A stretch of DNA of 63,338 bases, filler included, from Octopus bimaculoides (taxonomy: Eukaryota), in assembly GCF_001194135.2 (NCBI RefSeq). It is 6 parts of 6 records of this genome, joined end to end, with 100 filler letters (N's around TTAATTAATTAA, not from the genome) between each part and the next. Parts side by side here need not be neighbours in the genome. Positions count along the whole stretch, not along the records: positions 15,439 to 41,595 come from NC_068983.1; 5 more parts are not named here. The stretch is one strand, 5' to 3'. Shown here piece by piece: positions 24,072-37,317 of this stretch. A program made the position numbers and the translations under genes. The notes under the pieces are model-generated. The model was given only the letters and a program-made list of their open reading frames with translations. It made no database searches and was not told the origin of the DNA. The stretch's first letter is position 1; every line of letters begins with the position of its first letter.

Positions 24072-25651
24072 CTAAAATATGGAAAAATATCGAATTTATA
24101 AAGAAAAGGCTATATATTCAAATAAACATACAGCAAGTTGTATTTTTTTGAAAGTTTATAATGGAATGCAATTTTAAATAGTTAACGTATCATTAAAGAA
24201 AAAGTTAAGCTAAGCAAAATTTACACTTAATAATAGAAGAATTGAAGTTTAATGCAATGCCTGTTGGATATAGATACAAAAAAAGTTATAGAAAAACACA
24301 TCATGGTACGAGGAATTTATTGTAATGCGTCCATCAACGAACGTACGATTAAGTATAAATGTAGTCTACTATAGAATAAATAAATTCAATTTCGGTGTCG
24401 TTTGAATGCAACTAATTGTAATATGATAAGAGTAGATCCTGAAATAACAATAGAGATATTATATCAGTTGCTCCTGATAATGTCTCTCTTTAAACATAAC
24501 ACCGTAGGCTAAAGTGACGCTATAAACGTTATTATGCACGTGTATGAGTTATATATATATATATATATATATATATACGCATACATACATACATACATAC
24601 ATATAAGTGTGTGTGTATATATATAAGAAAGAAAGAATTATAAACATAATAGACAGATCTTCTTGCATATGTAAATATCTATCTTACAAAGAGTGGAATA
24701 TCAAATAAGAAATATAAACAAAGTATATTGCTACAGAATAAAATACATGATTCTATTGTCGTATCTAGGCGATAATCTATAAGGAAATATTGAGGAAGAA
24801 TTGCTGCACTGACTGTAATCAAATCGTGCATGAATATTAAGATATTAGAAGTGAAAATGCCCTCTCAAATTAGATAAACCGAAGGCAGACGACAAAAAAT
24901 GGTGACATGGCGGAAAACTTACGTATGTTCGCTTTCGTTTCTATAAGTGTATGCATTTTTGGAGTGTATATGTAATGAATATGTGTGGTGTGTTATATAT
25001 TGCAAATGTAGTTTGTGATAGATAAACGGTAAGAAAGATCTACACACACACATATACATAGAAAGGGGAAGCGAAAAAGTACGTGCATTTGTGCGCGTGT
25101 CTGCGTGCATTTGTATTTAAGACGGATTAAAATACAGAGAGTAATTGAAAAGCATCATTGGGTGCATGTTTGTGTGTTAGTTTTCTTTTTTTGCGTGTGC
25201 GTAATTGTCAGAGTAACCTTTAATCAGCGAGACAACGATTTTAATCAATTTCTGAGGAACTTCAGTAATTAATGGAAATCTTAATATGAATTATATTACA
25301 CTAATCTTAAAAGAATTTACTTTCTGTTTGATGTAAAGCCGATTTAATGAAACCGTAAAAGTTAAGTAGAGAAGTATTAAATTAACTGTCAGAAAAAAAA
25401 AAAATAGAACAACTTGGAGAATACAGGTAATAAATATTAGGTTCCACGAAGAATTGGACGTCTAAAAAAAACAAAACAATGAAAAACTGACAGTTAAAAA
25501 CGAAATTGTACAAATAGGCTTCAAAAGGTTTATAATGTAGAACGGAAATTGTCGATATTGATTGATGCAATCGCAGTTTCGCACCTGTAAATTGAACCTA
25601 GTTTGAAAGTTAAGAGTATATCCTATGTATGTCTCTCTTTCACCGTGTGTG

Positions 25652-25690
<39 letters not shown>

Positions 25691-25838
25691 NNNNNNNNNN
25701 NNNNNNNNNNNNNNNNNNNNNNNNNNNNNNNNNNNNNNNNNNNNNNNNNNNNNNNNNNNNNNNNNNNNNNNNNNNNNNNNNNNNNNNNNNNNNNNNNNNN
25801 NNNNNNNNNNNNNNNNNNNNNNNNNNNNNNNNNNNNNN

Positions 25839-25877
<39 letters not shown>

Positions 25878-26394
25878 ATTAGAAGCAGCTTCTTTTATAT
25901 CCTTTAAAAAGAAATGTCTTGTTGAAAACGTGACTCGAATTCTTTTTCAAACTGTCAAAATCTTGAAGTATTTTTTTTTAAAGAACACTTTTCTATGTTT
26001 TAGTACACTATTTAAGATGTATATTTGGTGGATGAATGGTTAGAATTTGTAATGGCAGAAAATGATTAGGTGTATGAACTTACGTCTTAGATTCTGATGC
26101 TAATGTTTTTAATCTTTGGAGTTCGCGAAATTAAGAGTTGTGCATGAAATTAGAACTGTGGCCCATGTAACGGAATTTTACTTTTTTACTACCCACAAGG
26201 GGCTAAACACAGAGGGATAAATACAAACATATAATTGAGAACAAAAGAAGGACAAACGAAGGGGGAAAATGAATAATGAACTGGAACGAAGCCGTTCGAC
26301 CCCACATCCGAACGACTTCATTTACTTTTTTTATATGCAAATTATACTTAAAATACACGTCGCTGAAGTTTAACCTAGACAGCAACTTACTAGC

Positions 26395-27120
26395 TATTTC
26401 TTTATTACCCATAAGGGGCCAACACAGAGGGGACAATGCATCTGATTGGGGTCAGAGAAACGGATGGGAAAAACAAAAAGATGACATTAAAAATTTAACA
26501 CAAAATAAATAAAACAAATGATAAGACAGACCGGAAGACATTACGGATGGAGTGGAAAGACGGGTTCAGCACAGACCCCACGAACTCCGCCTCGCCACTG
26601 ATACCTCAGATAAAGCCCGTGTCGCGTTCATGTAGTTACATCCACTCGCAACATCCGTGCTACATTCTTCCATCGACTCTCAAACATTTTCGCAGTCAGG
26701 CATTTCCTCTCTAGTTCTATTTTCCTTTTAAGATGGAAGGTGAAATAATTCACCAGCGCAGAGCCTGGGGTTAAAATGCCCGACCTTATCCCTTTCATCC
26801 ACGTTCTCCAAATTACCTCTCTCGCAATTGCATCTACCACAGTGAGAAAACAAATCTTACCTTCTTTCGAGAGGAAATCCGGCAGATCAAGTTTTACTAT
26901 AGACTCAGTCGATAGCTGTACTCTTCCTGTACCTAACAACAGTTGTTCAGCACATACCCACACATCCAACACCTCCAAACATTGTACAATAGCGGGCGGA
27001 ACGGTTTCTCTGTCCCGCTCACACCTTGGACAAGACGGAGGGTCGGGGCCACCATGCTTTATGAGTTTATCTATTTCATCTAGATATCTTACCATCTCCT
27101 TCTCAGACGGCGACATGTAT
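26395..27120 (-). mobile_element. L1/Tx1-like LINE 3' end (ORF2 C-terminus plus 3' UTR)
   Basis: 162-aa ORF 26628-27116 with a zinc-knuckle-like SCPRC...ETV...QC motif and EVIWRT...KRKIELER...FESRW. The UTR ends GCCCCTTATGGGTAATAAAGAAAT. Confidence 0.8.
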
Positions 27121-27949
27121 GAGTAGCTAATTCATTCCATTTTTCCTAGCTTCCCCCTTCAGGCAAGGAGTACAACGTCAGCAAAACTGCCGTAGGCAGC
27201 AGAAACAATTACTAACAAATAATAACAAATAGAACGCAATACACTGTGACTAACTTTTCGAACGTATTCCATAAATGAGAGATAGCCCACGTAACGGAAA
27301 GGTAGAGTTGCAGTTTGTCTGCGGCCAAAGTCTACTAAAAGCAAGTGAAATATACCATAAAAAAAAAGAAACAATTTTATGAAATGTTAAGCCTCTCCAT
27401 TTTCTCAAGAATTATTTCTAAAACGGGTGTTTTAACCCCACCGTTTCGAATTCCTACCCTTTGTGTTCAAATCCCACTCCACTGGCAGATTTTATCTATG
27501 ACTCGGTGTAATATGCCAGCTGACGCCATGGTTGACTTTAGAATAATTCACTTCCTTACATGTATTCGGACGAGATCTCTGACTGAACAATATTGCGTCT
27601 CATATTGCCACTACTTTCGGAGACCCTGTGAGGTGTTATGGGTACTGCTTTACCTTCTGACTAAAATGTAAATAAGGAAGTATGTCGCTGGCTTGTTCTG
27701 ACCGACATTTTTTCAGTAATGACAACTGATGTTAAATGTAGTTTAGATGTGAAATGTAATTTTCCTCATTCCTTTTGATAGGGAGGGTAAGTAACTGTTG
27801 TGGATATGGCTGTGATATTGTAAAGATGCAATTGTATTGCTCTAGTGATGTTTTTTTTTTGTTAATTGGCTTGTTATGGTGAAAAGAAATGTGGCTATGA
27901 GATCCAGGAATTTCTTGAGACCAGTGTGACTGGCGTGGTTTAATATCCT

Positions 27950-28160
27950 TGTCCACTAGCTGAGAGTTAACGGCTACAGAAAAACAAATATCAGGCTCTG
28001 AGAAAACTCCAAGGAGACGACTTCTTGGAATCAGAGGGAAAAGATATGTGAGAGTATGGCAGTAACACGAAAATAGCGGACTTCCAAGAGCAGGGACCAC
28101 CGTAACAGAAATAACAAAATCAAAGTGGAGACAGTACTTACACGAGTAAGTGACTGGAGT
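27950..28160 (+). mobile_element. Possible RTE-like LINE 3' fragment
   Basis: RRLLGIRGKRYV...SKWR weakly resembles the RTE C-terminal LRRILGI.W...KWR segment. Confidence 0.35.
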
Positions 28161-28561
28161 GTGAAGGTGAACTAATTTATGCCACTCTGTCAGGTGGCCA
28201 TCTTCCGATACACTGTATTTAGAATATGATTTGTGTTTTCGCAGTAAGGAACTTTACATTCTGGAGCTCAGGTTCCTTTCTATTACACAAGGCACAACAA
28301 ACAGACGCCACCCCCATATATATATATATGTATATATAAGTTAAACGCTTACAGTATGCAAATCCTTAGCTGTAGTTTTCTATTGCTAAAAGATGTGTTG
28401 AGTACTTGATGAGAAACCAATAGGGTTAAATCGAGAAAAACTTCATCATTTTTATATTCTCTCAATCTAGGGAGAAATAGCAAAATTTACTCTGCATGCT
28501 CAAATCACATTTTATGTCATTCTGCACTGTCTCGTAAAAATAGCAGGCATTTGTCCCTTAC

Positions 28562-28660
28562 ATCAATTTTAGCAATCATAAGACAGGAAATGATCATAAC
28601 ACAATATGCTGACAGATGCATGCCATTTGGAATACCTTTCATCATATTAAATAATTCAAG
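28562..28660 (-). CDS. Candidate 99-nt exon (LELFNMMKGIPNGMHLSAYCVMIISCLMIAKID, phase 0 to 0)
   Basis: Strong acceptor cttctctttatttgtcag| and donor |gtaagg; only frame 0 is open. No family recognised. Confidence 0.38.
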
Positions 28661-28690
28661 CTGACAAATAAAGAGAAGTAGCATGTATCA

Positions 28691-28763
<73 letters not shown>

Positions 28764-29994
28764 TAAAAGCAACAAAAATTCAATAGGTTATAGCAGTACG
28801 TACGTTTCGTACAAACTTCATTTATTCATGTAGTGAGAACACTACATAAAATGTGTAATGAAAATGTACTCCTCAGCTGCATAATGGAATTTCACTTTAG
28901 AAAGTCATTCTGTAGATGTGTGCAAAAAGCAAGAGTAAGAGAAGAAAAAATACCATCTTGACTGGGCTGATATATATAGTAAAGAAAAACAATATTTTTC
29001 GGACATGACCAGTGCCATCTTATCAACATGATAATCTCTTGGCAAATCAATGCACTGGATTATATAGCATTTATTTATTTATTTATTTATTTATTGACCG
29101 TTGACAACAGCATGCATAAGTCAGAATTTGGCTTCTGTACCGGCGATCCTCTCGCCCATTCCTCAAGACGGCAACGGACAAGACCAAATATAATTTGGAC
29201 TATAGCCATGTCAAATCTGGCTTGCAGCCACATTTTTTCAAGGCCGTCGACATCGGCAGAATATGTGACGTCGCATATAAAAATTCTTGTTTCATTATCA
29301 TTTGAGATACGCGCAATAAAATTTAGAATGAAAAAAGTAGAACAAGTTTAATTTTTTTTAGTGCCGCCAAACAAATTAATGGTTCATATTAATACGAAGG
29401 AATTGAGATTACTTGGTGAAAATAAAAGATTCCCCTTGTGCAAGATTTCAAACGCTAAATGTTTTCACTTTCGTAAATGAATGGAGCAAATGAGACAAGT
29501 AGTTTCTCACATATAATTTAAGTGAATAATCGATTCTAAGAAACTCGGGAATAACAAAAAATCGTATAATTGACCGCTGAGGATAGCAGGTAAACTGGCT
29601 TAGGCTAACTTTAAATGAAGCCACAATCACTATTATTCAGCCTCACTAAAATTGTTTTAACTCTCCGCTACCTGCCATATCATATATGGAATAGTTCAAG
29701 TTTTAACATTAACACTTTAACGAATCTTTCATAACAGGTGAGGTTATTGGTTTCTAAATTAAAATCAATTTCTTTCTCTAGCCAAACACGATTATACTTT
29801 CACTTTTTTAAAATCATTTTTTTGGTACAACATAAAAAAATATACTTTCGTAATCGGGTCAGCCCCCAAAATCATTTACGAACCTAGAGTTGAGAATAAA
29901 TACTTCCAATGCAACGCACGTAAATAAAAACAAAGACTTAAATTAGTAGAAGCAACAATTAAATAAATGGTGAAAGAATACTGAGAAAAATACA

Positions 29995-30572
29995 ATTCTT
30001 TCTACTCTGAGCAAAACGTCTGAGATTTTGGGGGAGGTGGTTAACCGTTTACATCGATTCCAGTACATACCCGGTACATATTTTACTGAAATCGAAATAA
30101 TGAAAGGCAAATTCGGCGGAATGCTAACTGAAAATGGCGTACTAAAGATTTTGCCGACTCGTTTCCGCATTGAAAATAATAATAAACGTTCTGAGTTTAA
30201 ATGCCTCCTAGGTTGACTTTGCCTTTCATCGTTTCGGAGTCGATAAAATAAGTACCATTTGAGTATTGGGATCGACGTAATCGACTTAGCCGCCCCTTAA
30301 AATCTCTGGCCTTGTGCCAAAGTTTGAAATCAATATATAATAAAAGTAAGATGGTGAACTGGCAGAACCGTTAGAACGCCCGACAAAATGCTTGGCGACA
30401 TTTCGTCCGTCTTTTTTTTCTGAGTTCAAATTCCGTCGAGGTTGACATTACCTTTGATCCCTCTCGGGATCGATAAGATAAATATATGTAAAGAACTGGG
30501 GTCGATGAAATCAACTTACCCCTCCACCAAAATTACTGTCCTTGTGCCAAACCAATATATAAAAAGTATATT
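29995..30572. mobile_element. Cluster of family C SINEs (one minus copy, two plus copies)
   Basis: Repeated GAGTTCAAAT...GTTGACTTTGCCTTTCATC...GTCGATAAAATAAGTACC blocks at about 29995-30170 (-), 30186-30345 (+) and 30352-30572 (+). Confidence 0.8.
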
Positions 30573-31407
30573 AATTGGCAAAGATATTGATGTGCCCTTC
30601 AGTATTTGGCCAGGCATGTTGTGCTCTGGGAGCAAGTCTTTCGGATGTCAAATTTTTCTTTCATTGACTCGGGGTCAATATAAAGACCAGGCTAGGCCAG
30701 GTCAGTGGATGGACAGGATCGTTAATGTACCGAATGGTATTTCTTGCCCCATGTGTTATGGTTCTTTGCTTTCTGCGTTCAAATCCAACCACATCACAAC
30801 ATAATGGTAAGATTTCTTTAAGTATTTAGGGGGACAAATAGCATCAAAACTTTGATAAATGAAAAAGCAACCAAACAACAACAACAACAAAACAAACAGA
30901 GAAACAATGGAAATATAATAATCTGTTGAAGGATGGAGACTGAATGATTCAAGTCTTGAATACACAAGAGATGAACTGAAATAGAAATTACGCCAGTCAC
31001 TGCATCAGCGCTCCCTTCTTTGCTGATCATATGATAATGTAAACCCTTACATCTTTCATTTACACTCATGAAGCCTAATTCTGTTTAGCTAATTTTCACT
31101 TCTATATCCGCTCAACTAAGTTCGTTCTTATAGACAGCTTTCTAAATTGGAGCCACCTACCCCGAATGAAGAAATTAGAACTAAAGTTTTCATTTATCTG
31201 TGCAATACTTGGTGAATATATATATCATGATTGTGTTAGTGTTCTTTAACACATACACACACAAACACTCACAGCTGGACATTCACACGCACATGCATAA
31301 TCTGTCTTTCTTTCCTCTCTGTATATATATATATATATATATACTAATATATACTTTTGTTATTTACACCACCTGTCCTCGTCTGTTGTTATTATTTGTA
31401 TATTCTC

Positions 31408-31475
<68 letters not shown>

Positions 31476-32186
31476 GGAAAGAATATACACAAACATTCAA
31501 ATATGTGTCTGTGTGCATGTCTGTACACAAATAGAGAGAACGAGAGAAAAATAATAAAGAATCCAACATAAGGAGTACAGACACACACACATACACACAC
31601 ACAAACACACACACACAATCTTTGAGATATCAGATGAAAAAACAAGATCATTTTTGATCAAAGACCATGGAAACCATGGAAAACTATGGAAAACCATGTG
31701 TATAAACAAAAAAAATAAACGGAAAAACATTACAATGAAATTGGAAAATAAAGATATTGATGTAATACACAGAGATACATAAAAAAGTGGTTGAATACAA
31801 ACACGAACAAATTAAATGTTAAAATAACCTTTAAACAAAAATAAATGGATAACATGAATAAAACAAATAACGAGTTGTCTTTAAAGTAGACTTTGGAAAT
31901 GTACCAGTCCCTAATGTCTTTCAGTAATGATTGAAATGCTTTATGGAACGTTTTTCTCTTTTATTCCAATGCCAAACTGAAGTCTTTCAGTGTGATTAGT
32001 AGTCGTTCTGATAGTTTAAAGACAACCCAGTATTATTTTGTTTCTATTTAGAGTTGTTTATTTGTTTTTCACAAAAATTGTGTTTGATCAATATTGACAT
32101 CGTAAGAGTGAGAGTCTATGCAGTGAGTTTCTCGGCGTTATATATTATTGGAATCGTGTTTTTATCGTTGGTGTATGTATGCTTGA

Positions 32187-32230
<44 letters not shown>

Positions 32231-32624
32231 ACACATACACACACACACACATACACACATTTTCTTTTATTTGCTTACTTGATTTTGTCTTTGGGCTACG
32301 ATCATATTGTGTCGTCCTCATGAAGTGTTTTCAAATCGACCGGGTACTTCTCTTGCATTTGTTACGTATTTGTGTTTGTATGCAGGTGTGTATATGTGTG
32401 TACACACACACACACACATACACATACAGACACAGACATACACTCATACGAGTATGCTCCAAGACCATTTCATTTAACAAGATAGATACACTCGTTTGAT
32501 CCATAACGTGTGTGAAGGTCGGAACCAATGATATAGTCATACACAGAGAACATCGAGCCTGCAGCAAGCAATACCAAGCTAAAGCAGTCAAACATTTATC
32601 CTCCGCCTCTAGAAACAGACTTAC

Positions 32625-32665
32625 ATATATCAGCGCAGCAGTGTAAATATAATATGCCCAATGAC
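32625..32665 (-). CDS. Candidate 41-nt exon (GHWAYYIYTAALIY, phase 1 to 0)
   Basis: ttcattcattatcaattgtag| acceptor and |gtaagt donor; phase-compatible with 28562-28660. Confidence 0.3.
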
Positions 32666-33880
32666 CTACAATTGATAATGAATGAAGCCAATTGAATATT
32701 AGCATTGGCAGACCACTTGAAAGTAAACTTGTTGGCCTACAAGATTTCTTTCGTTGGAGATGATTACTCAAATATTCTATTAGAGCATTTGAGTAAAATT
32801 ATATTAATGTGTCCAACTGATTAAAGTTTCTATTTATTTATTTATGCAACTGAGGATAGCCCTGCACTTAAATTGATGTGATTATTGCATTGTTCAATTA
32901 AATGGAGCCGCTTGAAACGGTCGTACTGCATCGCCTCTTGATATCCTGTTGCTTTTTTATTATATATATATATATATATATNNNNNNNNNNNNNNNNNNN
33001 NNNNNNNNNNNNNNNNNNNNNNNNNNNNNNNNNNNNNNNNNNNNNNNNNNNNNNNNNNNNNNNNNNNNNNNNNNNNNNNNNNNNNNNNNNNNNNNNNNNN
33101 NNNNNNNNNNNNNNNNNNNNNNNNNNNNNNNNNNNNNNNNNNNNNNNNNNNNNNNNNNNNNNNNNNNNNNNNNNNNNNNNNNNNNNNNNNNNNNNNNNNN
33201 NNNNNNNNNNNNNNNNNNNNNNNNNNNNNNNNNNNNNNNNNNNNNNNNNNNNNNNNNNNNNNNNNNNNNNNNNNNNNNNNNNNNNNNNNNNNNNNNNNNN
33301 NNNNNNNNNNNNNNNNNNNNNNNNNNNNNNNNNNNNNNNNNNNNNNNNNNNNNNNNNNNNNNNNNNNNNNNNNNNNNNNNNNNNNNNNNNNNNNNNNNNN
33401 NNNNNNNNNNNNNNNNNNNNNNNNNNNNNNNNNNNNNNNNNNNNNNNNNNNNNNNNNNNNNNNNNNNNNNNNNNNNNNNNNNNNNNNNNNNNNNNNNNNN
33501 NNNNNNNNNNNNNNNNNNNNNNNNNNNNNNNNNNNNNNNNNNNNNNNNNNNNNNNNNNNNNNNNNNNNNNNNNNNNNNNNNNNNNNNNNNNNNNNNNNNN
33601 NNNNNNNNNNNNNNNNNNNNNNNNNNNNNNNNNNNNNNNNNNNNNNNNNNNNNNNNNNNNNNNNNNNNNNNNNNNNNNNNNNNNNNNNNNNNNNNNNNNN
33701 NNNNNNNNNNNNNNNNNNNNNNNNNNNNNNNNNNNNNNNNNNNNNNNNNNNNNNNNNNNNNNNNNNNNNNNNNNNNNNNNNNNNNNNNNNNNNNNNNNNN
33801 NNNNNNNNNNNNNNNNNNNNNTATATATATAAGCAATGTTAAATCTCTGAACGAGGTATTAACAGTAACTGCACGACAAA

Positions 33881-34131
33881 GTAAAGTATATTTGCCACTT
33901 AAATGTGGCTGACCCCTAAGGGTGGATGTTACTGTTGCTTTTAGCCACAGGAAAACATCTCCTCCAGCTGGCTATCGTCACACATCTGTGTCCTGTCTAT
34001 ATTTGCAAAGGGAAGTTATCTCTCCCATCTTGACCAGATCAAGATAGGAAAGATAACTTCCCTGGGGCTAAAAGCAACAGTAACATCCACCCTTATGGGT
34101 CAGCCACATTTAAGTGGCAAATATACTTCAC
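33881..34131. mobile_element. MITE with about 70-bp near-perfect TIRs
   Basis: AAGTATATTTGCCACTTAAATGTGGCTGACCCCTAAGGGTGGATGTTACTGTTGCTTTTAGCCACAGG and its reverse complement at about 34061-34128 differ at 2 positions. Confidence 0.9.
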
Positions 34132-34144
34132 TATATATATATAT

Positions 34145-34305
34145 GACGGGCTTCTTTCAGTTTCCGTCTACCGAATTCACTCAAAAAGCTTTCGTTAGCC
34201 CGAGGCTATAATAGAAGACACCCGCCCAAGGTACTACGCAGTGGGACAGAACCCGGAACCATGTGAATGGGAAGCAAGCTTCATACAACACAGCCACTCC
34301 TGCAC
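34145..34305 (-). mobile_element. SINE family B, 5' half
   Basis: GACGGGCTTCTTTCAGTTTCCGTCTACC...GAACCCGGAACCATGTG...CAGCCACTCCTGC. Confidence 0.85.
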
Positions 34306-34321
34306 CTATATTTACATGCAT

Positions 34322-34379
<58 letters not shown>

Positions 34380-34504
34380 TTAATTAGATGTGTTAACCTC
34401 ATGGAGATAACCAATTTGCTGTTAACAATAACCAATAATTAACTCCCCAACATCTATTTGCTTCTTCTTTTAAATATACACACACAGACACAAACACACA
34501 CACA

Positions 34505-34555
<51 letters not shown>

Positions 34556-35046
34556 GCTTATATATTCGTTTTGAAAGATTCTTGATGTGAATTCGTGTGT
34601 TGAATCAGATATTGATCTGTTTGGAGATGGTCATGTTGCCAGTTTAGCCAATGAAAACACATGTACTATATATTTGGTGTTCACTTGCTTCAGCTTTATT
34701 TTATGTTGATTGTATTTTAGCCAGAGTTCTTTCTGTTACCTAATCGGTGGTCCTTTGCTTTCGTCCTTTGCTTTAAGTGTGTGTGTGTGTAGCGTGGGGA
34801 TCCCATATGCAGCTTGGAATTTATCTACACCAATCCTTAATTTCGGATTTCCATTCGCATACACAGTAAACCATGCTACTAACCATAACTTATAAAACAA
34901 TTTTTTCAGCTTATCAAACTTCGATACGGGATAAGTTTATAACCTTCTACGTCAATAATCCACTATTATTCCTGTTGGTCTTTTTTACATTCTACGGACT
35001 GCTCGAAAGTTGCTAACTTCCTGCACCCTGATCCTTGGATCTTACC

Positions 35047-35152
<106 letters not shown>

Positions 35153-35157
35153 CATAC

Positions 35158-35202
<45 letters not shown>

Positions 35203-35222
35203 TTTGTATACATACGCACTTC

Positions 35223-35605
35223 GTGGCACTCCATCAGTTACGATGTCGAGGGTTTCAATTGATCCGGTCAACGGAACAGCCCGCTCATGAAATTAGCGTA
35301 CAAGTGGCTGAGTACTCCACAGATACGTGTAACCTTAACGTAGTTCTCGGGGAGATTCAGCGTGATACAAAATGTGACAAGGCTGGCTCTTTGAAATACA
35401 GGTACAAGAGAAACAGGAAGAAAGAGTGAAAGAAAGTTGTGGTGAAAGAATACAGCGGGGTTCGGCACCCCCACCCTGCTGGATCCTCGTGAAGCTTTAG
35501 ATGTATTCACTCAATAAACACTCACGACGCTCGGTCTGGGAATCGAGACCGTGATCCTACGGCCGTGAGTCCACTGCCCTAACCACTGGGGCATTGCGTC
35601 TCCAC
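35223..35605 (-). mobile_element. tRNA-derived SINE, family D
   Basis: Minus-strand head GCCCCAGTGGTTAGG...GTCTCGATTCCC (A/B boxes). Related segments occur at about 46040-46233 (+), 46480-46630 (+) and 46997-47150 (-). Confidence 0.8.
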
Positions 35606-35769
35606 ACACGCACATATAGTTATATATGTATTGCGTGTTTTGCTTAGAAGTGATATACTTTTGACTCCATTCCAGTAGAACAGTCCACTGCAAATCCTTG
35701 TTAGATTATCTGTGTAAGCGAAGCAAGTACACAGTAGATTGTGATGGAGTCGTATAGCTTGTAAAAATG

Positions 35770-35995
35770 GTTTCAAACTTTGGCTCAAGTCCAGCAATTT
35801 CGGGCGAGGTGGGGTTAAATCGACTCCATCGAACTCAGTGCTCAACTGGTACCTATTTTATTATTATATCAAATACAAAAGGATGTAAGGCAAAACCAAC
35901 CTCGGAGGAGTTTCAACTGAGAACACAAAACCTGACCTAATTCCGTTAAGCATTTTGCCCGCCGTGCTAACCTTTCTGCAAGCTTGCCACCTTAC
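35770..35995 (-). mobile_element. SINE family C, diverged
   Basis: Reverse complement of the 39945-40168 type. Confidence 0.7.
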
Positions 35996-36060
35996 ATTCA
36001 GGTTGGAATAATAATGTAAATCATTCATAATATCGATGTATGGTTTGAAACTATTTAATT

Positions 36061-36108
<48 letters not shown>

Positions 36109-36419
36109 NNNNNNNNNNNNNNNNNNNNNNNNNNNNNNNNNNNNNNNNNNNNNNNNCACACACGTACACACACACGTGTTTTACTTACTGTTGTAGGATT
36201 ATGATTTTGATTTTGGGACCAGGAGATGCATTACGTCTTTGAGTAAAACGCTTCGTTTCACATTGCTGCAGTCTACTCACCTGACAAAAATGAGTTATTC
36301 TGCGACGGACCACTATCACATCCAGGAAGAAATATATACGTCGCAATATCTGGGAAAATGCTCTTATGAGCCTATTGCTCACTAGCTACCTTTAATCCTT
36401 TTTTTTTGGTACGTGTATA

Positions 36420-37317
36420 CGAGGGGGTATCAAAACGTTCCCGGACTAGTTCTGTAGCCCGCTAACAGATGGTAGAACACGGTTGCACGCATAGTGTGAG
36501 CTATCAGTGACATTTATGAAGCAGTGTGCCGAATGACTTCGTTGTGTCTCCTTCACGAGTTGTGAAATTTGGGTTTTTGTGATCACGTGCATGATGTAGT
36601 TTGCGATTTTTGTTATGGACCGGAAGTTGGAACAAAGGGCCAACGGGAAATGTTGCGTTAGACTTGAGAAGTTTGCTACAGAGACATTTCGTATGCTTCG
36701 TCAAGCTATCAGCAACGAGGCAATAGATCGTATGTAATGTTTCGAGTAGCACAGGCGCTTCAAAAGCGGAAGAACATCCGTGGAAGACTTAGAGTGATCT
36801 GGAAGACCTACCACGAACGTCACTCCCGAAAATGTGGAGAAACTTCATTAGCTTGTGCACGCGGTTCTTCGGAGGACAATCAACAACATTGTTGATGTTG
36901 CTCTGTGGTATTGGTGCGTGCAAGCAATGCTAACATCTGGGTTCTTCATAACGACAATGCACCCTCTCGTCGAGCTTTCCTCACACGTAAGTTTCTCTCC
37001 AAAAAGAACATGGTATCCGCACCGCCATATTAGCCAGATTTAGCATCTGCGGATTCCCATCTCTTTTCCAAGATGAAAATGCAGCTCAAAGGTAACCGTT
37101 TTAACACCATTGTAGAGATCCAGAGCGAATTGCAGGAGATCCTCGACTCGCTTACGGAAAACGACTTCCAGGACGGATTCTAAAAATGGCAGGATAACTG
37201 CGACCAGTGCATTGCTGCGCAAAGTGACTATTTCGAAGCAGATGATGTTAAAACTTAGGTACATAAGTTATTCTTTATCAAAAATAACTAGTCCGGGGAC
37301 TTTTTGATACTACCTCG
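36420..37317 (+). mobile_element. Internally deleted mariner with both TIRs and TA target duplication
   Basis: TA|CGAGGGGGTATCAAAACGTTCCCGGACTAGTT ... AACTAGTCCGGGGACTTTTTGATACTACCTCG|TA (32-bp TIR, 4 mismatches). The N-terminal RFKSGRTSVED region joins directly to WVLHNDNAP and PPY.PDLA. Confidence 0.95.
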
